64,000 nucleotides of DNA from Gemmatimonadaceae bacterium (GCA_051859245.1 JBHYGA010000005.1:224001-288000); one strand, 5' to 3'. Counted from the first letter of the stretch, positions 40,196 through 51,500 are shown. Numbers and translations are program-made. The notes: a model not told the origin generated them from the letters alone.

Positions 40196-42924
40196 GCGCG
40201 TTCGACGGTCTGCGCGCGCGACTGGCATTTCTCGTGTCGCGCAGGCACTCCGATACGCGCTTTAGCGAAGAGATCGAGTTCCATATTGACATGGAAACCG
40301 CGCGACTCGAGCGCGACGAAGGCCTGCCGCCCGCCGAAGCACGGCGCCGCGCACTCGTGGCGTTTGGAGGCGTGGAGCAGCACAAAGCAGTACTGCGCCA
40401 CGGGCGAGGACTGCGCTGGCTCGGCAGCCTCACGCTCGACCTCAAGCTCGGCGGTCGCATGCTCATGAAGTACCCGGGCATTACGCTCTTCGGCGGGCTC
40501 GCCTTTGCGTTTGCCATCTGGGTGGCCGCGGGCGCGTTCGAGTTTGCCGGACAGGTGCTCTTCCCGCGTCTTCCGCTCCCAATCGCCGACCGCGTCGTGG
40601 CCCTCGAAACGTGGGACGCGGCCGCAGGGCGTGCGGAGCCACGCGTGCTGCATGACTTCACGGACTGGCGCGCCCAGCTCACGTCGTTCGCCGAACTCGG
40701 TGCGTACCGGCTCGCGGAGCGCAACCTGATCACGAGTGACGGCGAGTCGCGTCCGGTGGAAGTGGCCGAGATCAGCGCCTCGGCGTTTCGCGTGGCGCCC
40801 GACCGCGCGCTGCTTGGCCGCACACTGCAAAACGCCGACGAGCAACTCGGCGCACCGGCGGTGGCCGTGATCGGGTACGACGTGTGGCAGAGCCGCTTCG
40901 CGGGCGACTCGAACGTGGTGGGTCGCACGGTGCAGCTCGGGCGCACGCCCACCACCGTGGTGGGTGTGATGCGCGAGGGGTACGCGTTCCCACGGTCGCA
41001 GAGTCTCTGGGTGCCATTACGCCTGAATCCGGTGAACTACCCGCGAGGCGAGGGGCCGAATCTCACACTGTTTGGTCGCCTTGCGACCGGCGTGGAGCTC
41101 GAGGAGGCGCAGACGGAGCTTACCGCGTGGGGGCGCCGCGCTGCGGCTGACTATCCGAACACGCACCAGCATCTGCGACCGCGCGTGATGCCGTACGCCG
41201 AGTCGGTCGCCATCATTTCAGGGGCGGAGCTGTTCCTCGCGCGGTCGAGTTATGGCTTTTTCATCATGCTGGTCGTGTTGGTGTGCGGGAATGTGGCGCT
41301 GCTCATGTTTGCACGGGCGGCCACGCGTGAGCGCGAGCTCGTGGTGCGACACGCGCTCGGTGCGAGCCGCGAGCGGATCATTGTGCAGCTCTTCGCCGAG
41401 GCGCTCGTGCTGTGCGGTATAGCGGCGGCGGTGGGGCTTGGCGTGGCCGGCTTTGGGGTGCGTCTGCTCGTGAACGCCATCGAATCGAACGCGGGGCAGC
41501 GGCTTCCGTTCTGGTTCCACGCCGACCTGTCGCCGTACACGGTGCTCTACGCTGTGGGTCTTACCGTGCTCGGCGCCGCCGTGGCCGGTGTGCTGCCGGG
41601 ACTCAAGGTGACACGCGGGTTGGAGACGCGACTGCGACAAGCGGGCGCGGGGGCAGGGGGACTCAAGTTCGGCGGGATCTGGACGGCGGTGATCGTGGCG
41701 CAGATTGCGGTCACGCTCGGCTTTCCGGTGGTCGCCTTCAACGTCGCGCGTGACGCGAGGGACACTCGCGACATGGTGGCCGATTTTCCGGCGGGCGAGT
41801 TCCTGTCGGCGCGCGTTTCGCTCGACCGGGAGTCTTCTCCGGGGGCGGACACGTCGTTTGCGGCGTATGTCGTTCGTCAGCAAACGACTCTGCGCGAGCT
41901 GGAGCGACGGTTGCTCGCGGAGCCGGGCGTGGTGGGCGTGACGCTGGCCGAGCGTCTGCCGAGAATGGATCACCCGCCGCACATGATTGAAGTGGATTCT
42001 GGAGGCGCGGCGCCAGAGCACCCGGGGTTTCCCGGCGGCTACCGCACGAGTTCTGCGGCCGTGAGCGCGGACTACTTTGACGTGCTGGGCTCACCGGTGC
42101 TCGCGGGACGTGCGTTCCACGCTGGCGATCTCGCTTTTGGTGGTGACTCTCTGGGCGTCCGCACGCGCGTGGTCATTGTGAACGAGTCGTTCGTGCGGCT
42201 CGTGCTCGGTGGACGCAACGCGGTTGGTCGGCACCTTCGCTATCGATACGGTGTGAAGCAGCCGCTCTCGGGCGCCTGGGAGCCGGGCCCGTGGCATGAG
42301 ATTGTGGGCGTTGTGCCTGACCTTGGATTGTCAAAGGCCACGGACCCAAAGGTCGCGGGTTTCTACCGTCCGCTCGCGCCGGACTTTGATGGGGCCTTGC
42401 ACGTGGCTGTGCACGTGCGTGGCGGCGATGCGGCCGCATTCGCTCCGCGGCTGCGCGCTGTTGCGATGGAGGTGGACCCTACGCTGCGTGTGGACGCCGT
42501 GGCGCGCATGGACGCCCTGAGTGACCCCGCGATCCAGTTCATGAACTTCTGGGTGCGGCTCGTGGCCGTGGTGAGCGCGGTGGCGATGCTGCTATCGATG
42601 GCGGGGATCTACGCGGTGATGTCGTTCACCGTGGCGCGTCGCACGCGCGAGATCGGCATTCGCGTAGCGCTCGGCGCGAGCCACCGGCATGTGGTGGCTG
42701 CGGTGTTCAAGCGTCCGCTGGCACAGGTGGGGATTGGCATTGTCGCCGGGGGCGTGTTGACGATGCTGCTCAGCGGTGGTGTTGAGGAGGCGACGCCGCG
42801 TGCACTGCTGGGGACGGTGGTGTATATGGTGCTGATGCTGGGGGTGTGTTTGCTGGCGTGTATTGTGCCGACGCGGCGGGCGTTGAATGTGCAGCCGACG
42901 GAGGCGTTGCGGGCGGAGGGGTAG
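40192..42924 (+). CDS. Duplicated MacB/FtsX-like ABC permease (ADOP-type)
   Basis: Prefix EEIEFHIDME...ARRRAL..FGG; two FtsX motifs (RERELVVRHALGASR and RTREIGIRVALGA); ends P.EALRAE; GTGA overlap with padR. Confidence 0.9.
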   Translation: MSAFDGLRARLAFLVSRRHSDTRFSEEIEFHIDMETARLERDEGLPPAEARRRALVAFGGVEQHKAVLRHGRGLRWLGSLTLDLKLGGRMLMKYPGITLFGGLAFAFAIWVAAGAFEFAGQVLFPRLPLPIADRVVALETWDAAAGRAEPRVLHDFTDWRAQLTSFAELGAYRLAERNLITSDGESRPVEVAEISASAFRVAPDRALLGRTLQNADEQLGAPAVAVIGYDVWQSRFAGDSNVVGRTVQLGRTPTTVVGVMREGYAFPRSQSLWVPLRLNPVNYPRGEGPNLTLFGRLATGVELEEAQTELTAWGRRAAADYPNTHQHLRPRVMPYAESVAIISGAELFLARSSYGFFIMLVVLVCGNVALLMFARAATRERELVVRHALGASRERIIVQLFAEALVLCGIAAAVGLGVAGFGVRLLVNAIESNAGQRLPFWFHADLSPYTVLYAVGLTVLGAAVAGVLPGLKVTRGLETRLRQAGAGAGGLKFGGIWTAVIVAQIAVTLGFPVVAFNVARDARDTRDMVADFPAGEFLSARVSLDRESSPGADTSFAAYVVRQQTTLRELERRLLAEPGVVGVTLAERLPRMDHPPHMIEVDSGGAAPEHPGFPGGYRTSSAAVSADYFDVLGSPVLAGRAFHAGDLAFGGDSLGVRTRVVIVNESFVRLVLGGRNAVGRHLRYRYGVKQPLSGAWEPGPWHEIVGVVPDLGLSKATDPKVAGFYRPLAPDFDGALHVAVHVRGGDAAAFAPRLRAVAMEVDPTLRVDAVARMDALSDPAIQFMNFWVRLVAVVSAVAMLLSMAGIYAVMSFTVARRTREIGIRVALGASHRHVVAAVFKRPLAQVGIGIVAGGVLTMLLSGGVEEATPRALLGTVVYMVLMLGVCLLACIVPTRRALNVQPTEALRAEG

Positions 42925-42950
42925 GTGAGGGCACGCGGCGTGCCCCCACC
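42924..42950. terminator. Hairpin between convergent genes
   Basis: GGTG-a-GGGCACG-cgg-CGTGCCC-c-CACC. Confidence 0.55.
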
Positions 42951-42977
42951 GCAAACTGAAGTTCCGCCTCGCTACCT

Positions 42978-44078
42978 TCAGGCCGCCTGACACTGAATGC
43001 TTCGGCCGTTCATCGAGATGTTGACCGGGTAGCGAACACCCTGAATGACCTGATCGTTCATACCGAACAACACAAAGCGAGTCTCGTTGACTGACAGGTA
43101 CGCCGTTGTTGTACGCGTCTCGGTTTGCAGCGCGCCGTTAAATGTGAACCGATAGGTACCGGTGACACTGCAGAACGCACGAACGTTTCCGGTGTTTCTC
43201 AGGTACACCCGGTACTCGTTGCCCAATGAACCGGTAGATGAGTTGTAGTAGCCTTCAGCGACAAGCTCGTAGCGAACAACCGGCGTCGGCGGCGTCGGAG
43301 GCGTGGGCGTTGGCGGCGCGGGATTGTTTCCACCACCCTGTAGTTCGAGTGTTCTGCATTCACCGTCGCGCAACGTCAATGTGGATGGGCCCCATGAACC
43401 TCCGCGACTGTCCGTTGCCTGCACTGTGTGCGGCCCCGCTGGCAGCGTGAGCGTGACGGCATCAGGTGCGCCGCAACTTGGTGCAGAGGTGTAGAAGCGA
43501 TTGATCACGCCTCGAACAACATTGTTGACAGTCACCGTGATTGCACCGCAGTTCGCGCACGACGACCACACCATCAGCCGCGTGGGCGATGCGGGCGGTG
43601 TTGGTGGAGTCGGCGGCGGGGCAGGTGGCGCCGGCGGTTGTGGCGGTGGAGCTGTGGGCGGGGGTGAAGTCGGCGGAGGTGTGGTTCCCATTTCCACGAT
43701 TACGATGTTCACAGAACCCGCTGAGCTGGCCACCACGCGAAACGCTTTTGACGACTGCAGCGCGTAAGAGTCCCACCGACACCCAGCCGGAGATCCGCAG
43801 TTCCACAACTCAACGACCAGCGAAGCACCAGCCGTCAGCGTGATCGTCTGGCCAGACTGCAACGCGCCGCCTGGTCGAAGCGTGATGGCACCGGAAAAGT
43901 CGTTGCGTATCGACAGCGTCTGTTGTGTCGGAGGTGCCGTGGGTGGCGGTGGTGTGGGTGACGGCGTTGGCGCTGGGCCCGTCTCAACGGGACCAGGATC
44001 GCCTGCGCAGGATACCGTCACAGCGACAGCTGCACACGCGAGGAGCATCCGAAATGCACGCTGTGTCTTTGCCATCAT
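42978..44078 (-). CDS. Probable lipoprotein with three small Cys-containing beta domains separated by Pro/Thr linkers
   Basis: AGAGG before ATG 44078; lipobox TVSC; three PT-rich linkers; Cys pairs CGSPAGC and CANC...SC...EC. Confidence 0.7.
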   Translation of the reverse strand: MMAKTQRAFRMLLACAAVAVTVSCAGDPGPVETGPAPTPSPTPPPPTAPPTQQTLSIRNDFSGAITLRPGGALQSGQTITLTAGASLVVELWNCGSPAGCRWDSYALQSSKAFRVVASSAGSVNIVIVEMGTTPPPTSPPPTAPPPQPPAPPAPPPTPPTPPASPTRLMVWSSCANCGAITVTVNNVVRGVINRFYTSAPSCGAPDAVTLTLPAGPHTVQATDSRGGSWGPSTLTLRDGECRTLELQGGGNNPAPPTPTPPTPPTPVVRYELVAEGYYNSSTGSLGNEYRVYLRNTGNVRAFCSVTGTYRFTFNGALQTETRTTTAYLSVNETRFVLFGMNDQVIQGVRYPVNISMNGRSIQCQAA

Positions 44079-44163
44079 CGTAATCCTCTTGAGGTAAGAC
44101 GCGAGATCGTTATCGAGTTGCACAATCGACCAGCTACGCCTGCGTTGTCACTGCGATGGCGTG

Positions 44164-45513
44164 CTAATTCGCGATCTTCTTGATCACTTCACTCACAAAC
44201 GTTCCTGCGTCTACGCTCAGTGCGATGGTTGGTCCCCATCGCCGTCGCGATTTGGTGCCGCACGCATCTGCCAGTCCACTCGATTGACAGAGCGCTGGGT
44301 TCTCGAGCACCTCGATCTTCTCTACGCGAGCAAGAACGAGCACGTCGAGCGGAAAGCCGGACGGAAGCCCACTGATCCATTCGCCAACGGAGAAGCCAAC
44401 GTACTGCGTCGTTCTCGGCGCAACGATGTCGGCCGCAAGCGCAACAGAGAGTCCACCGGTGCTAGGAATCGGAATCATCGCGCCCACAAGCGCGCCTGTA
44501 CCGCTACGCAGCGTATCGATCGCCGCTGTTGCGGCGCTGTCGTACGAAACTTTTGAACCGTCGGCGAGCACGCGTTCAACACGAATCCCCGGTGCGGTCC
44601 CGTTTCGACGAGTGATGTAGCTTTCGTGAACGAAAGCGGCCGCTCCTAATACGAACTGCGGAAGTCGCCGAGCTTTCACCTCGTACGTAATGCGAGGATT
44701 GACAAATCGATATCCGGCCGCGCTGAGTCCGGTTGCGACGAGTTGCTGCTTACCAGGCTGCGTGCCGAGCCGCCAGTCGGTAGACACAAAACACCCCGTC
44801 GCGCCTGATGCCACCGAACTGGCGTCTCCGGAACCGTACACGAATCCAACTGCCGTGTCCGGGCTGATCACCGCACCCGCACTGCGCGATGAAAAAGCCA
44901 CTCGAATGCTTGAGCATAGCTTGCGGTCAATAACGGCCGAGCGGCTGTCTACGCCTCCGGTGTCAGAAAAAAACAACGGAGACATCTTCTCCGCGTCTAC
45001 GCTACGCTCGGCTCGAACTTGCAGAACGATCTCGCTTCCTGTCGCTGTTGCGTAGCGTTGTTTTGAGGGCGATTGCACCTTCTCCAAGACCAGCGCTTGA
45101 TCGCGCGGACTCAGTCGGATGTACAGCAGCGAAGAGCCGGTACCGATTGGCAAGTCGACTGCGATGCCGACGTCGGACGAGCTGCCTGTCCGATACCACG
45201 ATGTGCGAACCACGCCGTCTTCGTCCGAGTAGACGGTGTCGCGAGTTAGCGCGCCGGCGTTGGCCTTGAATACCACGCGTCTACCTACGAGCGGCCTTGA
45301 AGTGAATCGCAACTGGATATCGAAAAGCTGCACCTGGTCACCGCTCGCAAGCGTGCCCACGCACACGCCGGGAGCATCGTGTTTCAGTTTTCCCTGACAC
45401 GCGACCAACGAGGAGGGATCGACACTAGCGCTACTCTGGGCCTCTGCAGTAAGTGGAACAAGCGTAGCTACCCCGCAAAGCAAAGCTGCGTGCAGCCTCC
45501 GCGACGTCGGCAT
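44164..45513 (-). CDS. Exported hypothetical protein (Ig-like N-terminal part, beta-rich C-terminus)
   Basis: Long ORF; signal peptide ending AEA-QS; TDWRLGTQPGKQQLVAT resembles Big_1-type repeats. Confidence 0.6.
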   Translation of the reverse strand: MPTSRRLHAALLCGVATLVPLTAEAQSSASVDPSSLVACQGKLKHDAPGVCVGTLASGDQVQLFDIQLRFTSRPLVGRRVVFKANAGALTRDTVYSDEDGVVRTSWYRTGSSSDVGIAVDLPIGTGSSLLYIRLSPRDQALVLEKVQSPSKQRYATATGSEIVLQVRAERSVDAEKMSPLFFSDTGGVDSRSAVIDRKLCSSIRVAFSSRSAGAVISPDTAVGFVYGSGDASSVASGATGCFVSTDWRLGTQPGKQQLVATGLSAAGYRFVNPRITYEVKARRLPQFVLGAAAFVHESYITRRNGTAPGIRVERVLADGSKVSYDSAATAAIDTLRSGTGALVGAMIPIPSTGGLSVALAADIVAPRTTQYVGFSVGEWISGLPSGFPLDVLVLARVEKIEVLENPALCQSSGLADACGTKSRRRWGPTIALSVDAGTFVSEVIKKIAN

Positions 45514-45545
45514 GGAGACAAGTCGCTGCGCTTGACGGTGTAACG

Positions 45546-45944
45546 TCACCATGGCCACCGGTCCCCATTCCTCAGGTTGACGGCATTCGCTTGTACGGTG
45601 GACGAAGGCGTGGCAACGAATACGTTGGCCGCGGCGTGAACGCGCACTCCATTGAGCGGCAACCCACTGCCCCAGTAGTTTGCGAGATCCACGTTTTCAA
45701 TCACGACATCCCCGCCGATAGGCATCAGCGTCCAGTGAACAATTCCAGTGGGGCGCTTCGCGATGAAATCGAGATCAAGTATGCCGTCAGCTGGTGGCTG
45801 GATGTAAACCCATGCCGTGAGCTGTGGCTCTGTCCACCCGGATGAGTTGACGACGCCCACTGCGTGCACCGCGAGCGCAGGGGGACGGATTTTTAAGAGT
45901 GCCGTAGTTACTTCCTTCACTTCGGCAACGCGCACATAAGGCAT
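45546..45944 (-). CDS. Hypothetical protein (132 aa)
   Basis: GGAG ribosome-binding site; distinctive segment GVVNSSGWTEPQL..WVYIQPPADGILDLDFIAKRP.G; preceded by promoter motif copy A. Confidence 0.75.
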   Translation of the reverse strand: MPYVRVAEVKEVTTALLKIRPPALAVHAVGVVNSSGWTEPQLTAWVYIQPPADGILDLDFIAKRPTGIVHWTLMPIGGDVVIENVDLANYWGSGLPLNGVRVHAAANVFVATPSSTVQANAVNLRNGDRWPW

Positions 45945-45986
45945 TTGACGACTCCAGATGGCGTGATTGATGCGATCCCCGTATTG

Positions 45987-46012
45987 AGATGGACAAGACA
46001 GCGTTTTTTCTC
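45987..46012 (-). promoter_or_regulatory. Putative ECF-sigma promoter, copy A
   Basis: Minus strand GAGAAAA-aacgctgtct-TGTCCATCT, about 43 nt upstream of ATG 45944. Confidence 0.6.
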
Positions 46013-46087
46013 AGCAATCACGCTTCCGCCAGTCCCAATCGGCGAATAGCTTCGCGCAGACGCTCTTCCTGATCCGCCCCGCCCGCC

Positions 46088-46858
46088 GTGTCCGACGAAG
46101 CGAAATTCCTCGAGCTGCTGCCAACGATCGACAGCCTGACCGCCGCGCTTTGCCGACGACGTGGGTTGGATCGTATCGAGGCTGAGGAGTTTGGGGCCGA
46201 TGTGCGCGCCCGATTTGTCGAGTCGGATTACGCGCCCATTCGCCAGTTCCGAGGCGAGAGTTCGGTTGCGACGTATCTCGCGGTCGTAATCTCCAGTTGG
46301 CTTCGTGACTATATCGTCGCGCGTGACGGCCGCTGGCGTCCATCGGCGGCGGCACTTCGCGCTGGGCCAGTGGCCGTGCATCTCGAACGACTGGTGCAGA
46401 GGTCGGGACGTACTCGCGAGCAAGCGATTGCCGAAGTGCTCTTGGCGGGCGACCAACCGTATTCTGAACGTGAGCTGCGTGCGATCGCACTCTCATTGCC
46501 GTCTCGCGAGCCCCTGCGCTTGCGCAGGGTTTCCGAAAGTGACCGTGAGTTCGAAGCGTCGCCTTCTTCGCTCGCCGATGCGGATGTCTCAAGCGGCGAG
46601 CGAGACCTGGAAATCGAACGGGCGAGTCGGGCGCTGAACTCAGCGCTCGAAACGCTCGAGACTGAAGACCGTTTGCTCGTGTCGATGCGATTTCTCGAAG
46701 GGCACAGCGTCGCCGATATTGCGCGCACGCTGACACTCGACCAGAAGCCCCTCTATCGACGACTGGAGCGCAGTCTGTCTGCGTTGCGGCGTCATCTTGA
46801 ATCGGTGGGTATTACACCAGACACCGTTCGCGACCTGGTCGGAGGGGCGGAATCATGA
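46088..46858 (+). CDS. ECF-type sigma-70 factor with an insertion between regions 2 and 4
   Basis: Region 2 EAEEF..DV...F...IRQFRGESSVATYL.VV; GRWRPSAAA insertion; region 4 L..EDRLLVSMRFLEG.SVADIARTL...LYRRL. Confidence 0.88.
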   Translation: MSDEAKFLELLPTIDSLTAALCRRRGLDRIEAEEFGADVRARFVESDYAPIRQFRGESSVATYLAVVISSWLRDYIVARDGRWRPSAAALRAGPVAVHLERLVQRSGRTREQAIAEVLLAGDQPYSERELRAIALSLPSREPLRLRRVSESDREFEASPSSLADADVSSGERDLEIERASRALNSALETLETEDRLLVSMRFLEGHSVADIARTLTLDQKPLYRRLERSLSALRRHLESVGITPDTVRDLVGGAES

Positions 46859-46865
46859 GCGGGAC

Positions 46866-46891
46866 GCGAACTTGGGCGGCACTGTCCTTCT
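46866..46891 (+). promoter_or_regulatory. Putative ECF-sigma promoter, copy B
   Basis: GCGAACT-tgggcggcac-TGTCCTTCT, between the sigma and anti-sigma genes. Confidence 0.55.
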
Positions 46892-46939
46892 ATACCTGTG
46901 TGCCAACGACGCTCAACGGTGTGCAGCGGTGGAGGCGAT

Positions 46940-47782
46940 GTGGCTGAGTCCCCGCTCAATGCTGAGCAAGTTGCGGCGTTTCTCGACGGCCGGTTGTCAG
47001 ACGCTGAGCGCGCGGTGGTGCTGGCGCAACTTGCGGAATCACCAGAGTGGCAAGACATCGTGGTCGATGCCGCTGCCGTTCGCGACACGAACGCTTTGAT
47101 CACGCCCGCGCGCGCTACGAGCGCGCCACGCTTTCGATTCAAGCGCGGTCTGCTGCTCGCGGCTGCGGCCGGCTTTGTAGTGTTCGTGACTCTCTGGAAC
47201 AAGGGCAGAGCAGGCGTGAACGGTGAATCACCGGCGGTCACGCCAACCAACGCGCTGGCACTCGCTGTTGCAGACGGAACACTCCGTGAGCTTTCGACAG
47301 ACAGATGGTCGGTGGTGCGCTCGGCTTCCAATGATGTTGACGAACTGGCGCGTGCAGTACGACTGGGCGCGCTGTCGGTTGATGCCGTGCTGGATCGCAC
47401 TGGCGCAGGCGCAGTCGCACGAGAAGAGATGCTCGTGTTGCTGCAGGAGCTCAACGCGTCTGCGGCGCGGCAGCTCGTTGCGTCAGCGCGTGACTCGGCT
47501 TCGTTCGACGTGGCGTTTGCGTCGGTACGCGCACTCGTGAATACGGATGCGTATGACGCGGGTGTATGGCTGGAGCTGCTACGCGCGGGCAGCGTCGCGG
47601 CTCGCGAGAACACCAACATGATTCAGGTATTGCAGAGCGTTGCACGAACCAAACAGCTGTCGCCGGAGCGCGCTACGGAACTGTCGGCGCGCATCCGGCG
47701 ACTTGAAGACGTTTTGCCTTCCGCCGAGCCTTCACGTGTACGTGAAGCCGCGACGGATGTTATGAAGATCCTGGCGTCGTAA
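46940..47782 (+). CDS. Putative membrane anti-sigma factor (zf-HC2-like N-terminus lacking zinc ligands, one TM, helical extracytoplasmic domain)
   Basis: GGAGG then GTG; EQVAAFLDGRLSDAERAVVLAQLAESPEW (HxxxCxxC positions are Q/S/W); TM LLLAAAAGFVVFVTLW; directly after the sigma gene. Confidence 0.75.
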   Translation: MAESPLNAEQVAAFLDGRLSDAERAVVLAQLAESPEWQDIVVDAAAVRDTNALITPARATSAPRFRFKRGLLLAAAAGFVVFVTLWNKGRAGVNGESPAVTPTNALALAVADGTLRELSTDRWSVVRSASNDVDELARAVRLGALSVDAVLDRTGAGAVAREEMLVLLQELNASAARQLVASARDSASFDVAFASVRALVNTDAYDAGVWLELLRAGSVAARENTNMIQVLQSVARTKQLSPERATELSARIRRLEDVLPSAEPSRVREAATDVMKILAS

Positions 47783-47809
47783 ACGCGATCAGAAAACGAT
47801 TCATTGCTA

Positions 47810-48571
47810 TCAGTTGTCGGGACAGTCGATGCAGTAAGCAGAAGGGCAGAGGCGGTATGGGTTCTCATAGCCCGCGCCGCGGACAATATTCGCCATCGTG
47901 CAAACTTTCTTCAGATCTGGCCCGAAATAACGAGGAACAGCCACTTGCATGTCGCAGAGTGCAAGGAGGTCGTCTGTTTCCTCCAGGTGTTCCCCCGACT
48001 TGGTCTCGCCACAATCCGGCGCCTGATCCTTGTCGGTTAGATTTTCGATCGTGACAAAAATGTTCGACACGCTAGTGTCCAAGTTTATCGGTGCTCCGCC
48101 GCTGAATGTTCCCTTGTCATTCAGCTCCAGTGATGCTGCACCGGCCGCATTGAGTCGTATGCTCGTGCCGTAATCCAATTGGTAGGACTCACCGTTGAAG
48201 CTGACGGGTCCAATGTTTCGAGCGCTCTTTCGCTCCAGCACCTGCAGAGGCAATCGCAGGGATGCGAACACGTCGCGGGAAAGTGCAGGATTCGCCGAGC
48301 CCGCAGCAGACGAGGCTCTCGCGCGCACTTTCAACATCCAAGGTGGTACCTGTGAGTCTGGTGCTGCGCCAGCGGTAAGTCCCTTTGTGGTCAGCGTGAA
48401 GTCCTGGAGCGTCTGACGAACTGGGTCAACAGCTTTCCCGTGCGTGTCGATCGTCAGATACGGACGGTGCTGCTGATTCGACCCAACAGCCTTCGGAAAC
48501 AAAACATCCCAGTGTTCCTTCCTGCGAATCCAAAGCGACAATCCTTCCACAGAGATCGTAACCGTCGTCAC
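47810..48571 (-). CDS. Hypothetical protein with Cys-rich C-terminus, coupled to the CHAT gene
   Basis: AAGGAG ribosome-binding site overlapping the CHAT stop; GTG at 48571; ends VCTMANIVRGAGYENPYRLCPSAYCIDCPDN. Confidence 0.65.
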   Translation of the reverse strand: MTTVTISVEGLSLWIRRKEHWDVLFPKAVGSNQQHRPYLTIDTHGKAVDPVRQTLQDFTLTTKGLTAGAAPDSQVPPWMLKVRARASSAAGSANPALSRDVFASLRLPLQVLERKSARNIGPVSFNGESYQLDYGTSIRLNAAGAASLELNDKGTFSGGAPINLDTSVSNIFVTIENLTDKDQAPDCGETKSGEHLEETDDLLALCDMQVAVPRYFGPDLKKVCTMANIVRGAGYENPYRLCPSAYCIDCPDN

Positions 48572-48585
48572 CTGACCATCACTCC

Positions 48586-51500
48586 TTAGCTCCCCAAGAG
48601 CTGGAAGGCGGCCCACACACGGGGAGAACGTCGTGTGGGATCCTGTGAACGAAGTCCCGCGAGTTGCGCCTCGCGCAGGGCGTGCGCCGGCGTCGCGCCG
48701 CCGCGCAATGCAACGTGCAACTGTTCCATGATCGCGGCGGTCGCTTGATCGTCGATTGCCCACGACGCGCCAATGACATGCTTTGCACCGGCCTCTCGAA
48801 AGGCACTCGCCAACGACAACATGCCGCCGCCAAAACGCGAGGTATTGTTCGATGCCCCGGCGCGCACGCCGCCGCGGGTATCGCACGCGGCGAGCACAAC
48901 AAGTGCCGTGCGCGGGAACGACGCCGCGGCCACTTGCACGCCCGTGATTCGAGTATCGCCGTTCGCAGGCAACTCCAGATATGATCGTTCGGGGCGCTCC
49001 GGATGCAGCACTGCGTGACCCGCAAAGTGCACAATCTCGTAGGCGGGCATTCTTGCCAGTGTCTGTGTTGCACCCTGCGCGGCGTCGAGCGCTTCACTTT
49101 GATTATCCCACACCGCGCTCAATCGCTGTACTTCGCTCTGCGCTCCGGGAAGTGCGCGTGATCCGGAACGCGGTGCGGCATCGATAACCAGAACACGCGC
49201 ACGATTCAGGCGTGTCTCATTTGTCAGGCGCTGCCCGATGTCGTTTGTGAGCCAGATCGCGGCTCGCTCGATAAGGAACCGATCGGCACTGGCATCGAAC
49301 AGCGCGGCCCAGGATACGTCAGACAGATCGCCGCGCGCGTCGATTCGTATTGCGCGCACCGCTCGGCTGGATGTGGCGAGTGCCGGCGCAACTAGCGCCG
49401 TGAAGAGCGTGGAAAGTTGAGAGGTCTCCAGCGTTCTGATGGCGCTGTGGACAGTTCGTGCCGGAAGGTACGATCTATGTACGCTCCAGCCGCCGCCGTT
49501 TCGTGACCACACGAATACCGTGTCACCAAGGCGGCGTGCGGCGAGATCAAGCCGAGTGGTATCGCTGTCCCACGTGGGCAGCCGGGCCGCCATGAACGGC
49601 CTCGCCGAGAGCGCGTACAAGAGCGCCTCGGCGTCGCCTCGTTTGCGCAGCAGCTCCGCGGCAGCTTCGCCGGCCGACACGGCGCTCTCCGAGAGTCGAA
49701 CTCGTTCAGACAACGAAGTGTTTTCGCCGCTGCGTGCTTCGAGTGATCGCAGCAGCGAGTCGAGCACTCGCAGCGCGGTCACCGTGTCGCCTTCCTGCGC
49801 GATTGCGCGGGCCAGAGACAATCGGGGGCGCAACTGGCGCGCGCTATTGGTATCGCTGGCCATTAATGCGATCGAAGAGTCCAGAAGTGCTCGCGCACCA
49901 CGCTGGCGAGTGAGGAGTTGATACTCACCTTTGATCCACGATCGTTCTGCACGATAGAAGCGTTGGTCGGATTCCGCCAACTGCGCATGCACGACAGAGT
50001 CGAGCGAGCCAATTACGCGCCTAAGTCCGGCACTGTCCCGTTGACGCGAGCGAGAGTGCGCACGCAGCACAAGTTCCTGCGCGACAAGATCCGGACGTGC
50101 GAGCTGTTGCGCAACGTGCACCGCTTCTTGATGGAGGAGATCCGAGAGTGTGTGGTGGCCGTAGATCTCTGCCGTTTGTCGCAGCACGGACAACAGGCTC
50201 CAGCGCGACGCACCAAGTGGTACAACACTCCGCTCGAGTGCACGCTGCGTGTTCTGTTCGCTGCGCTCATCATCACCGACCAGCGTTGCAATGCTCGCCG
50301 CCATAGCATAGGCCGACAGCGCACATTCGTTGCGGCCGATTGCACCACAACGTTCGGCTTGTAGTTCAACGCGTTGCAGGCCACTCACTTGCTCACCAAG
50401 TGCCATGAGCGCCAGGCCTTCATTGAACGCCAGTCGTCCGCCGAGCACTGTGGTTGGCGAGCGTTGCCCGGCACCGAGCGCCCGGTATGCTCGCAGCGCT
50501 TCGCGCGATCGGCCGCTGGTTAATAGGTTGTTCGTTCGATACATCGCGGCCCACAGTCGCAGCTCGTCTGAAGCACGCGTAAGTGTGGCGACCGAATCAA
50601 ACATCGCGTCGGCGGTGAGTGCTCCGTGCACACGTGTCTTTCGTCGAGCCTGTGCGTACAGGTCCGCGGCGCGAACAAGCGAGCGCTGTCGTTCCGAGCC
50701 GGCGCGGGCTTGTGAGATCGACGAGATTGCGTGTCCAATGCTCGAATCCGCCAACTGCGATTGCAGGTTCTGATGAATGTGGAGTAGATCGCGGCGCAGC
50801 GTAGTCTCACGGAGGCTATCGCCGCTTGCGAACCGTTGCGCCCACTCGGGGAGCAGCTGTGTGGTCGCATAGTCCCACGCGGCGTCAGGCCATTGGCCAC
50901 TCAGGGCAATGGCGCGTTCGTCGGTGCCCAGAGGTGGGCTGTTATCAATGATCACCGGAAGTTTGCACTGCAGACGGGCGCATGACCTCTCACAGTGGTC
51001 GCGTGTACGTGCGATCTGCTGGCGTAGCGAAAGCCAGGCGAGGGAGACGATCGCGTTCCAGCAGGATAGACGGTCCGGGTTGTCGCGATTCACAAAAGTC
51101 GACGCGAGTTCCGCCGCCTGCAGGAGATCCGGCAGCCTGCGATTCACGCTGTATCGAAGCAGCAGTGTTGCGGCGAGGTCATTGCTGAACTGCGCTCGCG
51201 CCGGGGCAGCGAGGACAGCCTCAGTGAGCAGTGCAATCGCGCGGTCGACGCCCACAGAGTCCGCTGCAGCGACGAGTTGCACGAGCGCGAGTTGGTGAGC
51301 CGACTCTGGTGTCGGGCTGCTGGTATGCCTCGCGGCGAGCGAGCTTTCGATTGCGGCAAGTTCTTGCAGGTCGCTCGGCGCGGCGACACGTGTGGACGAC
51401 GTGCAAGACGGCTGTGGTGCTGCGAGGTATATCGTGTCGCAGGTGTGTCCGGGTAGCGCCGAGAGCGCGGCGGCGAATCGCCAGTTCTTCGCGAACGGTG

